Below are positions 29,766 through 38,730 of a stretch of DNA of 64,000 nucleotides, piece by piece. Both the position numbers and the translations under genes were made by a program. Position 1 is the stretch's first letter, and each line of letters opens with the position of its first letter. Location of the stretch: assembly GCA_965246885.1 (NCBI GenBank), contig OZ251992.1:3264001-3328000 (forward strand). Reading direction: 5' to 3'. Below the pieces are notes generated by a model, which did not search any database, was not told where the DNA came from, and saw only the letters and a program-made list of their open reading frames with translations. This DNA comes from Abditibacterium sp. Lineage in GTDB: Bacteria; Armatimonadota; Abditibacteriia; Abditibacteriales; Abditibacteriaceae.

Positions 29766-31310
29766 CTATTGGCCTCCGCTTACTTCCCGCTCGGCGAGCG
29801 CAATGGCCCGCAGAGCGGCGCGGGCTTTATTGCGGGTCTCGTCGTATTCGTCGGCGGGTTTGGAATCGGCCACGACGCCTCCCCCGGCTTGGACGTAGGC
29901 TTTGCCGCCCTTGACCACGATGGTGCGGAGCGTGATGCAGGTGTCCATGTTGCCGTTCCAGCCGAAATAGCCCATCGCGCCGCCGTATGGCCCGCGCCGC
30001 GTCGGTTCGAGCGAGTCAATGATTTGCATGGCGCGCACTTTCGGGGCGCCGCTCAACGTGCCCGCCGGAAACGCCGCCCGGAGCACATCGCCTTGGGTTT
30101 TGTCAGAGCGAAGGCGCCCCACAACATCGGAGGTAATGTGCATGACGTGCGAGAATTTTTGCACATACATCAGCCGCTCGACGCGGACGCTGCCGTATTC
30201 GCACACGCGGCCCAAGTCGTTGCGCGCCAAGTCCACGAGCATGACGTGTTCGGCGATTTCTTTCGGGTCGGCGAGCAGTTCGGCTTCCAAGGCCGCGTCT
30301 TCGGCGGGCGTTTTCCCGCGCCGCCGCGTGCCCGCAAGCGGGCGCGTCAGCACCTCCCCCCCATCTTCCGTGACCAAGATTTCGGGCGAAGCCGCCAACA
30401 GTTGCGCATCTCCCAAGTCGAGGAACACCATATACGGCGCCGGGGAAACGTGGCGCAGCGCCCGGTAAACGGCGAGCGGCGAGGCCGTGAGCGGCACCTC
30501 GAAGCGTTGCGAAGGCACGATTTGCACGCAGTCGCCCGCATGGATATAGTTGATGCACGTTTGCACCGCCGCCTCAAACGCCGCGCGCGACGGGAAGTTG
30601 GACTGCGGCTCCGACTCCTCGATTTCGCTCACGGCAAAGGGAACCGAGGGCACGATTTGCTCGCTGAGCGCCGCGACGACCGCTTCGATGGCGCTCGCCG
30701 CGCGCTCGTAGGCCGCGCCAACGTTGCCCTCGGTAGCGCCGCCTTCTATGTGCGCGCAGTTGAAGACGGTGATGGTGTGCCGGACGGCGTCAAAGCACAA
30801 AACGGTATCGGTAAAGAGCAGGTGCGCGTCATTCAGGTCGCGGTCGTCGGGCGGCGCGTCGGGCAAACGCTCCAAAAAGCGCACGAACTCCCAGCCCAAG
30901 AAGCCGACCGCGCCGCCGCAAAAGCGCGGCAAATCGCCCGTGTCCACGAATTGGAAGCGCGCCATTTCGCGCTCGACAACCGACAAAGGGTCTTCCCCCG
31001 CCGCCATGTCCCATTCGCGCGCCTGCCCATCGAACGACAGATGCGCGCGCCGGTTTTTAACGCGTAGTTCCCCGCGCGCCCCGACGCCCAGAAACGAAAA
31101 GCGGCCCAACTGCTCGCCGCCCTCGACCGATTCCAGCAAAAATGAGGGCGCCTCAGGTTGCGCGCGGCGCAGTTTCACGAGCGCCGAAACCGGCGTTTCG
31201 AGGTCGGCCAGCAGTTCCAAGCGCAAGGGGATGAGGTTGCCGCGCGCCGAAAGCGCCTCGAACTGCGCGCGCGACGGGGTGATTTGGCCATGAAAGCGGG
31301 AAGGGGACAC
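29766..31310 (-). CDS. trpE: Anthranilate synthase component I
   Basis: LLESVEGGE, SPAPYM, AEHVMLVDLARND, FPAGTLSGAPK; GTG start inferred. Confidence 0.93.
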   Translation of the reverse strand: MSPSRFHGQITPSRAQFEALSARGNLIPLRLELLADLETPVSALVKLRRAQPEAPSFLLESVEGGEQLGRFSFLGVGARGELRVKNRRAHLSFDGQAREWDMAAGEDPLSVVEREMARFQFVDTGDLPRFCGGAVGFLGWEFVRFLERLPDAPPDDRDLNDAHLLFTDTVLCFDAVRHTITVFNCAHIEGGATEGNVGAAYERAASAIEAVVAALSEQIVPSVPFAVSEIEESEPQSNFPSRAAFEAAVQTCINYIHAGDCVQIVPSQRFEVPLTASPLAVYRALRHVSPAPYMVFLDLGDAQLLAASPEILVTEDGGEVLTRPLAGTRRRGKTPAEDAALEAELLADPKEIAEHVMLVDLARNDLGRVCEYGSVRVERLMYVQKFSHVMHITSDVVGRLRSDKTQGDVLRAAFPAGTLSGAPKVRAMQIIDSLEPTRRGPYGGAMGYFGWNGNMDTCITLRTIVVKGGKAYVQAGGGVVADSKPADEYDETRNKARAALRAIALAEREVSGGQ

Positions 31311-31339
31311 GGGGAGGAGTGTAGAAAGCGGCAGGGAGG

Positions 31340-31897
31340 CTATTGCACCCGAACCCATTTGCCGTTGACTATTTTTTCGCGGCTACTCGTGGATGTGTGG
31401 CTAATCAGACCGCCCCGCGCGCCAAATTCGGTTAAATGAGGAAAGAAGGAGACATCGTAAGCGGCATCGCCGAAACCTTTATCGCGTTTGATGTCGCCAT
31501 ATTTCTGGAACAGCAAGCGCAGCCGGTGGGGAGTCACGCGCGAAAAACGCCATTGCTGTGAGGTGCCGGACGTTTTGTAGATGGGGTGTTCGGCGTCCTC
31601 ATCCTCTGGCACGGTGTAGTTGTTGTCTTGGAAGAGCCACACGACCTGCCGCTTCCGGTCGTAAATCAATGTTCCGCCGTTGGCCTCATGCGGCGCGGCC
31701 ATACCCCACTGGATGTGGAACCTGTCGCTTTGCGGATGCCGTTTCAGACAATTTTGCAACGCGGTTAGGAGCGCGGTTGGATCCCCGTAGTTGGAAGTAG
31801 TAACCCACACTTCGCGCGGTGACTGTTTACATTGAGCATGGGAAGCGAATATGAATGGCAGAAGCAATAGGCTCAGCAGCGTGAATCTTTTCAACAT
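31340..31897 (-). CDS. Hypothetical exported protein
   Basis: Signal peptide MLKRFTLLSLLLLPFIFASHA; lower GC. Confidence 0.6.
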   Translation of the reverse strand: MLKRFTLLSLLLLPFIFASHAQCKQSPREVWVTTSNYGDPTALLTALQNCLKRHPQSDRFHIQWGMAAPHEANGGTLIYDRKRQVVWLFQDNNYTVPEDEDAEHPIYKTSGTSQQWRFSRVTPHRLRLLFQKYGDIKRDKGFGDAAYDVSFFPHLTEFGARGGLISHTSTSSREKIVNGKWVRVQ

Positions 31898-33297
31898 AAA
31901 ATCCCCGCCTCCCACTTCCCCGGCACGAACGAAACTAAATCGCCCACGCGGGCGCTTGGCGCGGCGACGCGGGCGCGCAGGTAGTTGGGGAGCAGACCCT
32001 CGGCGATGCCGTCGTTGATGGCTTCGACGAGAATTTCGACTTCGCGTCCGATGAAGCGCGCGGCGAATTGGGCCGAAAGTTCATCGGCGAGGGCGATTAA
32101 TTCTCCGACGCGGCGGCGCTGGGTTTCGGATTGGACGTGGCCGCCTAATGCTTTGATGTGGTTGGCGGCGAAGGTGCCTTCGCGCGGGGAGTAAGGGAAG
32201 ACGTGGATGGCGGAGAACCGCGCTTCGCGGCAGAGGGCGAGGGTTTCACCCCACTCGGCCTCGGTTTCGCCGGGGAAGCCGACGATGACATCGGTGGTCA
32301 GGCCCGCGTCGGGCGCGATTTCGCGCCAACGTTTGGCCCAGTGCAAGAACAGTTCGGGTGTGTAGCGGCGGCGCATGCGGGCCAAGACGGACTTCGAGCC
32401 GCTTTGCAGCGCGAGGTGAATGTGCGGGCAGATGTCGTTGGCCACGCACCGCAGCCACTCTTCGTCCACATCGGCGGGGTCGAGCGAACTGGTGCGAACC
32501 CGCAACACTTCCGGGAGCGCGGCAACGGCGCGCAGCAGTTCGCCCAGCGCGGCGTTCTTCGAGCCGGAAACGCGGTTGCTTCCCATTGAAAAGTCGCCCA
32601 TCGAAACGCCCGTGACCACGACTTCGCGCGCGCCTTCCAGTAGTAACTCGCGCGCTTCCTTTAATAGCCCGGCGTTGGTTTTAGTTGTCGAAGCGCCGCG
32701 CACGCGCGGGATGATGCAATAGGAGCACTTGTGGTCGCAGCCATCTTGAATCTTGAGGACGGCGCGCACGTTCGAGGGCATCGGGACGGGTTCGCTGCCC
32801 GTCTCCTGACGCAACGCAGCGTAATTCTGTGCCCAGTCCGCGCGCGCTTCGAGGCGCTCCAAGACGCGGCGCGGCAGGTCGAACTTCTCGAAATTGGACA
32901 GCACCAAAGCGCCGGGGGCGGCGCGCTCAAACTGGGCGGCGTCCTTGGTGGCGGCGCAACCGGTGACGGCGACAATTCCATCGGGGTTGTTGCGCCGCGC
33001 GCGGCCCGCCGCTTTGCGCGACTTCTGGTCGGCGTGCGCCGTCACGGTGCAAGTGTCAATGACGTAAAGGTCAGCGCGCTCGCGGAACTCGACGCGCCGA
33101 AAGCCGCGTGCCGCCAGCATCCGCGCGATCTGGTGCGAATCCGCCGCGTTGACTTTGCAGCCGAGCGAATAAAGTGCGAACGTCGGGCGCGCACCTACGC
33201 CGCTCGCGGAAGTAGCGCCGCTTCTTTGCATACCTTCTGGCGCGCGGCGCGGGAAGTCGGTGGGCAGTTGTGGCAAAAGAGGGATGGGCTGCGACAT
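31891..33297 (-). CDS. mtaB: tRNA t6A methylthiotransferase MtaB
   Basis: LGCKVN, DTCTVT, KIQDGCDHKCSYC, IHVFPYSPREGT. Confidence 0.9.
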   Translation of the reverse strand: MSQPIPLLPQLPTDFPRRAPEGMQRSGATSASGVGARPTFALYSLGCKVNAADSHQIARMLAARGFRRVEFRERADLYVIDTCTVTAHADQKSRKAAGRARRNNPDGIVAVTGCAATKDAAQFERAAPGALVLSNFEKFDLPRRVLERLEARADWAQNYAALRQETGSEPVPMPSNVRAVLKIQDGCDHKCSYCIIPRVRGASTTKTNAGLLKEARELLLEGAREVVVTGVSMGDFSMGSNRVSGSKNAALGELLRAVAALPEVLRVRTSSLDPADVDEEWLRCVANDICPHIHLALQSGSKSVLARMRRRYTPELFLHWAKRWREIAPDAGLTTDVIVGFPGETEAEWGETLALCREARFSAIHVFPYSPREGTFAANHIKALGGHVQSETQRRRVGELIALADELSAQFAARFIGREVEILVEAINDGIAEGLLPNYLRARVAAPSARVGDLVSFVPGKWEAGILC

Positions 33298-33409
33298 GGG
33301 AAGGGAGGTTTGGCGTCTAAAGGTCAAAACCGTGATTAACGAGAACGGCGCAAAGTGTAGTGCGCCGCCCCTTTCCGGCCAGAGCCAAGGAGAACACCGG
33401 GCCACTGTT

Positions 33410-33709
33410 ATGATAATTATCGCTTTGTTTGGCGCCCTCGTGTTTTATGTGGCGCTCTACTGTTTGTGGGCCGCTTCCAGCGAGCATCTGGTCGGCATGC
33501 AAAGTTGGTTGCGCGTGCTCAACGACGCAGCGTTCATGCCGGGCAACACCGTGTTCGTCCTTTTGCGCGGGTTGATTATCATCACGGCGTTCTACGTTTT
33601 CGCCGACTTTCTGCGCGCCGCCGTCCGCAAACAAAAGCGACGCCGCGCCGAAGCCAAACGCGCCCGCGAGGAACCCTTCGCCCTCATCATTAAAGACATG
33701 GCGCCCTAA
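33410..33709 (+). CDS. Small two-TM membrane protein
   Basis: Two hydrophobic segments and a basic tail. Confidence 0.6.
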   Translation: MIIIALFGALVFYVALYCLWAASSEHLVGMQSWLRVLNDAAFMPGNTVFVLLRGLIIITAFYVFADFLRAAVRKQKRRRAEAKRAREEPFALIIKDMAP

Positions 33710-33859
33710 AGCGGGGTGATTAGCGTTATTTTGCACAGTGATGCGCCCCAAGCGGTGCCACTGGACACCGGAAGGCGTTAAGATATAAAGGCCTCGCGCG
33801 CCATCGCCGCCCTCATTCTCGCTGCGCGCTCCCAAATTTGTCCGTTGGTTCCAAACGCG

Positions 33860-34960
33860 ATGCGCTCGCCCGTCCTTTCTCGCTTCTTCGTTCGCACCTG
33901 CCTGTGCGGTGGTTTGCTTTTGTCGGTCGCGGCGTCGGCGCGCGCCGACGCGTTTTCTCCCGTTCCCGCCGGAGACCCCATCTACCGGCAACTAAGCGCC
34001 CTCGCTTTGCCGCGCGCAGGCAAAACCGCTCCGCCTTCGGCGAACCTGACACGCTACGAAGCCGCCCTTGAAGTGGCGCGGGGGGCGGCCATCGCCGGGG
34101 CCAATCCCGACGCCCTGAGCCGCACCGGTTGGCGCGCACTGCGCGAACTTACACTCGCCCTCCACTCTGAACTGCGGCAATTGGGCGTGGACACCGTCGA
34201 CGTACTCAAGCAATGCGACGCCCATAGCGACGCCACTTCGCCGTCCACACTGCCCCACCCTCTTCGCGGCGGAGTTTCTAAGCTCAGCGCCAACTTCGCG
34301 CCGGGAGCAACCTCGTTTTTGACGGGCACGACCTCGCCCGTCACGCGCGGCTTGCTCGGAAGCAGTTTGCAAGCCTCCCTTCCGGGCCGCGCGCGCGTCG
34401 AAGCCGCGCTCCTTGCGTTGAAACGCGATTCGCAAGACCCCTTCACATCGGACGCAAGCGGTCTGCGCTCCACTCCCACGCTCTTCGCAGGCAAGAACGC
34501 TTCCGTTTCGCTCGATGTCAACTCGTGGTTGCGCGTGCGCGCCCTCGCCTCGCAACGCCGATTGGGGTTGCCGGGCGACGACACCCCGCCCGCTTTGGGC
34601 GCTCCTTTGTTTTCCGGCGCGCGCGAAGCCAAGGGCATCGGCGGCGGACTGGAAGTGTCACCCATAGACGGCGTAAAGTTCTCGACGGAAATCGAGCGCT
34701 TATCCACCAACTTGGGAACGGCTGGCACACGCGTGGGCGGGGGCATCGGCTTGTCGGCGTGGCAAAACCGCCTCACCTTGTCGGCGCACATGTCGCGTCT
34801 GCAGCCCGAAGACCGCGCCGTCTTGCCCGCCACCGCCACCGAACTGGGCGTGGGGTTGGGCGTCACGCAGCGCTTGAGCCTCAACCTGCTGTATCAAGGG
34901 TTGTTCTCGTCGCAGTCGGAATCCTCGCGGCTGGCGGGCGGCTTGAACTTTAGTTTCTAA
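33860..34960 (+). CDS. Outer-membrane protein with SLH-like N-terminus and C-terminal beta-barrel (OmpM/SomA-like)
   Basis: AFSPVPAGDPIYRQL...LTRYEAA...ELRQLGV; alternating beta-strands ending in LNFSF. Confidence 0.6.
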   Translation: MRSPVLSRFFVRTCLCGGLLLSVAASARADAFSPVPAGDPIYRQLSALALPRAGKTAPPSANLTRYEAALEVARGAAIAGANPDALSRTGWRALRELTLALHSELRQLGVDTVDVLKQCDAHSDATSPSTLPHPLRGGVSKLSANFAPGATSFLTGTTSPVTRGLLGSSLQASLPGRARVEAALLALKRDSQDPFTSDASGLRSTPTLFAGKNASVSLDVNSWLRVRALASQRRLGLPGDDTPPALGAPLFSGAREAKGIGGGLEVSPIDGVKFSTEIERLSTNLGTAGTRVGGGIGLSAWQNRLTLSAHMSRLQPEDRAVLPATATELGVGLGVTQRLSLNLLYQGLFSSQSESSRLAGGLNFSF

Positions 34961-35037
34961 GCGGTGTCACTCCTTCGCACAGCGGACTCTTAAACTGGGC
35001 GGCGCACCCCGCGTTGGTTCCTTGGGGGCGCTTCACC

Positions 35038-36699
35038 GTGAAATCGTCGCCCTTTTCGCCGCCCCACTCATTGCCGCTTTGTGTTGCGCTCGGTCTGTTC
35101 GCTGGGTTATCTACTCCCGCGCGCGCTCAAACGGGCGTGTCGCCCGAAGCCCAACCCGCGCGCGACGAAGCGCGCACTGCGCCGTCTGGGTCTGCGCTTC
35201 CAGCGCCCACGCCAACGGCCACTCCCGACTCCGCTCCCCAAAGCACCAGCGCCGGGTCGCAACTCAGCGCGGCGCGCGTGGCCTATGAAGGCGGTACCAT
35301 CATCGCGCAGGGCGACGCGACGCACCCCGTCCTGTTCACTTCCAGCTTGGGTCGCTTGCAAGCGAGCGAAGTGCGACTGGACACCATCGCCCAAACGCTC
35401 AACGCGACCGGCGAAGTGCGGCTGGATCGCGACATCACGACCTCGCGCCTCGCGCTACGCCCGCGCTCCCTGCCCAAACTCTTCGAAGCGGGCCGCATGA
35501 CTGAAACGGCAACCGGGCAGAACCTGACGTTCAACTTCAAGACCCAGACCGGCGCACTCGACCGAGGCAGCTTGCGCACCGACCAGGCCGATTTCCGCGC
35601 TGACCGCCTCGAAATCAACGGCCTTCAATACACCGCCCGCCGCGCCGTCCTGCGACCGGGCGGTTTGAGCGACGAAGAACTGCACATTTATGGCACGCCG
35701 CCGCTTTCGGTTCGCGCGCGCGAAATTCGCATCCGCCGTAACCAAGGTCGCCGGGGGATGTCCGTCAGCGCGCGCGGCGCGGGGCTGTACGTCGGCTCGA
35801 CACTCCTTTTGCCGCTTCCCTCGACCGCGTTTCGCATCGGCGGCGGTGGGCAACAATCCGACTTCAACATCACTCCGCGCGCCGCCTACAACTCGGTGGA
35901 CGGACTGCTCGTCACCACCCGCATCGGCGTGCCCCTCACGAGCGACCCGCGCGACCTGACCCTGCTCACCGACATCGGTCTCTCCCAACATGTCGGTTTT
36001 CGCGGCGGCGTTTCGCTCCTGACCACGCAAAGCGAGGGGGACGTGCGCTTGGCGTTCAAAAGCCGCGACGTGGTGCAAACGCAACTGACCAGTTCCCTCG
36101 AGCTTGACCGCAAACCGGAACTCATTTATCAGTCTCCCGCTTTCGCCACCTTTGCGTTGGGAGGGGGCAAACGGGTGGCGCGCGCCGGGTTTTCCGTTGA
36201 CGCCGGATATGGGCGTTTCACTGAGCGCGAGCGCGTCAGCACCGGCCTACCGGCCATTTCAAGTGACCGCACCCAAGCGCGCCTCGTCTTCTCGACCCGC
36301 CTGACCCCGCAACCCGGCCCGTTCTTGCGCGCTTTTACCGCGACTTCGCACTACTCGCAGACCCACCGCCACTACGACACGAGCGGCGTAGAGTTCGGCT
36401 ACGGGGGCCGCGTGTTTCGGCGACTCAGCGGCGAAATCTCATTGCGCCTCACCCGCGTCAGTGGTCAAACCCCATTCCGCTTTGACCTCATCGAAATCCC
36501 GCGCGAACTGCGCACCACCTTCGACGTTGAACTTACGCCCCGCTATTTGCTGCCCTTTGACATCCGCTACGACCTGAACCAATCCAAAATCCGCGACGCC
36601 ACCTTCGGCCTCCTGCGCTCGTACAAAGTTTTCGCATACGGCGTCGAATATCAGACCGCGCGGCGCGACTTGCGCTTGGAAATTCGCGCCGGTTTTTGA
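35038..36699 (+). CDS. LptD/OstA-like outer-membrane beta-barrel protein
   Basis: Signal peptide, jellyroll-like N-terminus (ATGEVRL, LTFNFKTQTG), beta-strands, terminal F. Confidence 0.6.
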   Translation: MKSSPFSPPHSLPLCVALGLFAGLSTPARAQTGVSPEAQPARDEARTAPSGSALPAPTPTATPDSAPQSTSAGSQLSAARVAYEGGTIIAQGDATHPVLFTSSLGRLQASEVRLDTIAQTLNATGEVRLDRDITTSRLALRPRSLPKLFEAGRMTETATGQNLTFNFKTQTGALDRGSLRTDQADFRADRLEINGLQYTARRAVLRPGGLSDEELHIYGTPPLSVRAREIRIRRNQGRRGMSVSARGAGLYVGSTLLLPLPSTAFRIGGGGQQSDFNITPRAAYNSVDGLLVTTRIGVPLTSDPRDLTLLTDIGLSQHVGFRGGVSLLTTQSEGDVRLAFKSRDVVQTQLTSSLELDRKPELIYQSPAFATFALGGGKRVARAGFSVDAGYGRFTERERVSTGLPAISSDRTQARLVFSTRLTPQPGPFLRAFTATSHYSQTHRHYDTSGVEFGYGGRVFRRLSGEISLRLTRVSGQTPFRFDLIEIPRELRTTFDVELTPRYLLPFDIRYDLNQSKIRDATFGLLRSYKVFAYGVEYQTARRDLRLEIRAGF

Positions 36700-36717
36700 C
36701 CGGCGGACGTCCGCCAT

Positions 36718-36862
36718 GCGATGACAGACGTTTCTCGCTCATCCGCCGCCGTCTGGGAAGCAATGGCAAACGTTTCTCGCTCCTCCGCCGTCGTCTGGGA
36801 AGCGATGACAGAGGTCTGTCGGTGAAAGACAGACCTCTGTCATCGCTTCCCAGACGACGGCG
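36718..36862. repeat. 42-bp direct repeat (about 2.4 copies) fused to a perfect 35-bp inverted repeat
   Basis: Units at 36718, 36760, 36802; arms 36786-36820 and 36828-36862; loop GGTGAAA. Confidence 0.92.
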
Positions 36863-36879
36863 AGTCAAAGAGAGACGCC

Positions 36880-38313
36880 TTAGACGACTTTGCCGCTTAG
36901 ATCGTAAGCGTTGCAGCCGGAAATCCGCACGCGGGCGAAGGAGCCGGGTGGGAAACCCTTGCGTTCGCGCGGGGACATTTTGACCCACACGTTGCCATCT
37001 ACGTCGGGCGCATCGCTCATGGCGCGGCCCACCATGCCGCCGGGTTCTTCGGTTTCCAACAGCACGTCGAGCGTGCGGCCAATGAAGGTGCGGTTCTTTT
37101 GCAAGGAGACTTTCTGCTGGAGTTCTTGCAACTCGTGGTAACGCGCTTCGATGGTGTCTTGCTCGACTTTTAAGTCGAGGCCGAAAGAAAGGGAGGTGCC
37201 CTCGTCGGAGTATTTGAAGACGCCGATACGGTCGAACTTTTGCTGACGCACGAAGTCGCGCAGTTCCCCAAAGTGCTCTGCCGTTTCGCCGGGAAAGCCG
37301 ACGATGAAGCTGGTGCGGATGCCAATCTCTGGCGCGAGGGCGCGGAATTTGTCGAGCAAGCGCGCGTAGGATTCGGCGTTGCCGCCGCGCCGCATCCGCT
37401 TCAAAACGCCCTGCGCGGCGTGTTGAAGCGGGATGTCGAGGTAGCGCGCCACGCGTGGAGAAGTGCACAGCGCTTCGATGAACTCGTCGTTGACCTGCGA
37501 CGGGTAAGCGTACAAGACGCGAATCCACGTGAGTTCTTCGATGGCGGACAACTCTTTCAGAAGGCGTCCAAGCGACATCTGGCCGTAGAGGTCGAAACCG
37601 TAGCGCGTGGAGTCCTGCGCAACGAGCACGACTTCTTTGGCGCCCTGCTCGGCCAAGCGGCGTGCTTCGAGGACGATGGATTCGATGGGGCGCGAGCGGA
37701 ACGGGCCGCGCAGTTGGGGGATGATGCAAAACGAGCAGGTGTGGTCGCAGCCCTCGGCGATTTTGATGTACGCCGTCCAAGGCGGCGTGGCTCGCACGCG
37801 GGGGGTAGTGTGGTCGTAAACGAAAGTGTGCGCCCTCGTGGGCGTGACGCTCAGTTGAATCAACCCATCGCCACCAAAAGCGGGGGGAACGAAGCCCGCC
37901 GCTTTGGGGGCGAATGCCCTGTCCATCGCGCCGACGATGGCGGGGAAGTCGCTCGTGCCCAGAATGGCGTCCACTTCGGGCACGCGCATCTTGATGAGTT
38001 GCGCGTCGCGTTGGGGCAAGCAGCCCGTTGCAACGACAGCTTTGACGCGCCCGGTTTTCTTGCGCGCGGCGACCTCAGAGAGTGTTTGTAGGCTTTCTTC
38101 GACGGCGGCGCCCAAAAAGCCGCAGGTGTTGACGATGATGGCGTCGGCCTGCTCGACATCGCCCGTGATGGCATAGCCTGCGCCTTGCAACAGGCCGAGC
38201 ATAACCTCGGAATCCACTAAATTTTTGGTGCAACCGAGGGAGATGAGTCCAACGGTGCGCCCATTGGAAGGGCGCGCCAGTGGGGGAGCGGCGGAAAAGG
38301 TATCAACGGACAT
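36880..38313 (-). CDS. rimO: Ribosomal protein S12 methylthiotransferase RimO
   Basis: SLGCTKNLVDSE, NTCGF, KIAEGCDHTCSFC, DAPDVDG. Confidence 0.95.
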   Translation of the reverse strand: MSVDTFSAAPPLARPSNGRTVGLISLGCTKNLVDSEVMLGLLQGAGYAITGDVEQADAIIVNTCGFLGAAVEESLQTLSEVAARKKTGRVKAVVATGCLPQRDAQLIKMRVPEVDAILGTSDFPAIVGAMDRAFAPKAAGFVPPAFGGDGLIQLSVTPTRAHTFVYDHTTPRVRATPPWTAYIKIAEGCDHTCSFCIIPQLRGPFRSRPIESIVLEARRLAEQGAKEVVLVAQDSTRYGFDLYGQMSLGRLLKELSAIEELTWIRVLYAYPSQVNDEFIEALCTSPRVARYLDIPLQHAAQGVLKRMRRGGNAESYARLLDKFRALAPEIGIRTSFIVGFPGETAEHFGELRDFVRQQKFDRIGVFKYSDEGTSLSFGLDLKVEQDTIEARYHELQELQQKVSLQKNRTFIGRTLDVLLETEEPGGMVGRAMSDAPDVDGNVWVKMSPRERKGFPPGSFARVRISGCNAYDLSGKVV

Positions 38314-38456
38314 TAGCAAAAAGAGCGCGCCAAGCGATGCGAGCGCACAACGGACGAATGGGCGCGCTCCCCGCTTCCCCTTTTCGATGCGAGCGCCTCA
38401 ACAGAAACTCAAACTTATCATTCCAACTCATTTTTCCTTGGAGTCCATTGAGACAG

Positions 38457-38472
38457 TGGCCAATTTTTTGCT
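38457..38472 (+). promoter_or_regulatory. Putative sigma54 (-24/-12) promoter of the flp pilin gene
   Basis: TGGCCAATTTTTTGCT, GG-N10-GC, 70 nt upstream of the ATG. Confidence 0.6.
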
Positions 38473-38542
38473 TTCTTGCGCCGCGCGCGACACTCGTCAC
38501 ACCGACACCCTGACACCGTCGCAGCCCCCAAAGAGAACCTTT

Positions 38543-38707
38543 ATGATTTACCAATTTTACTCCGACGAAGACGGCCAAACGCTCGTTGAATATGGACTGC
38601 TGATTTCCCTCATCGCTCTTGTCGTCATTGGCGTGCTGTCGCTGCTGGGCAAGAAGATGAAGAACACCTTCAACACGTCCGCCAATGCCATGAACACCAC
38701 GACCTAA
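38543..38707 (+). CDS. Flp/Fap pilin
   Basis: DEDGQTLVEYGLLISLIALVVIG; 54 aa. Confidence 0.92.
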   Translation: MIYQFYSDEDGQTLVEYGLLISLIALVVIGVLSLLGKKMKNTFNTSANAMNTTT

Positions 38708-38730
38708 GCGGGGTCGCCAAACTTGGACGT

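Noticed and set aside
38708..38730. T-box leader for tyrS
   Set aside because: Only 23 nt separate flp and tyrS, and there is no T-box motif.
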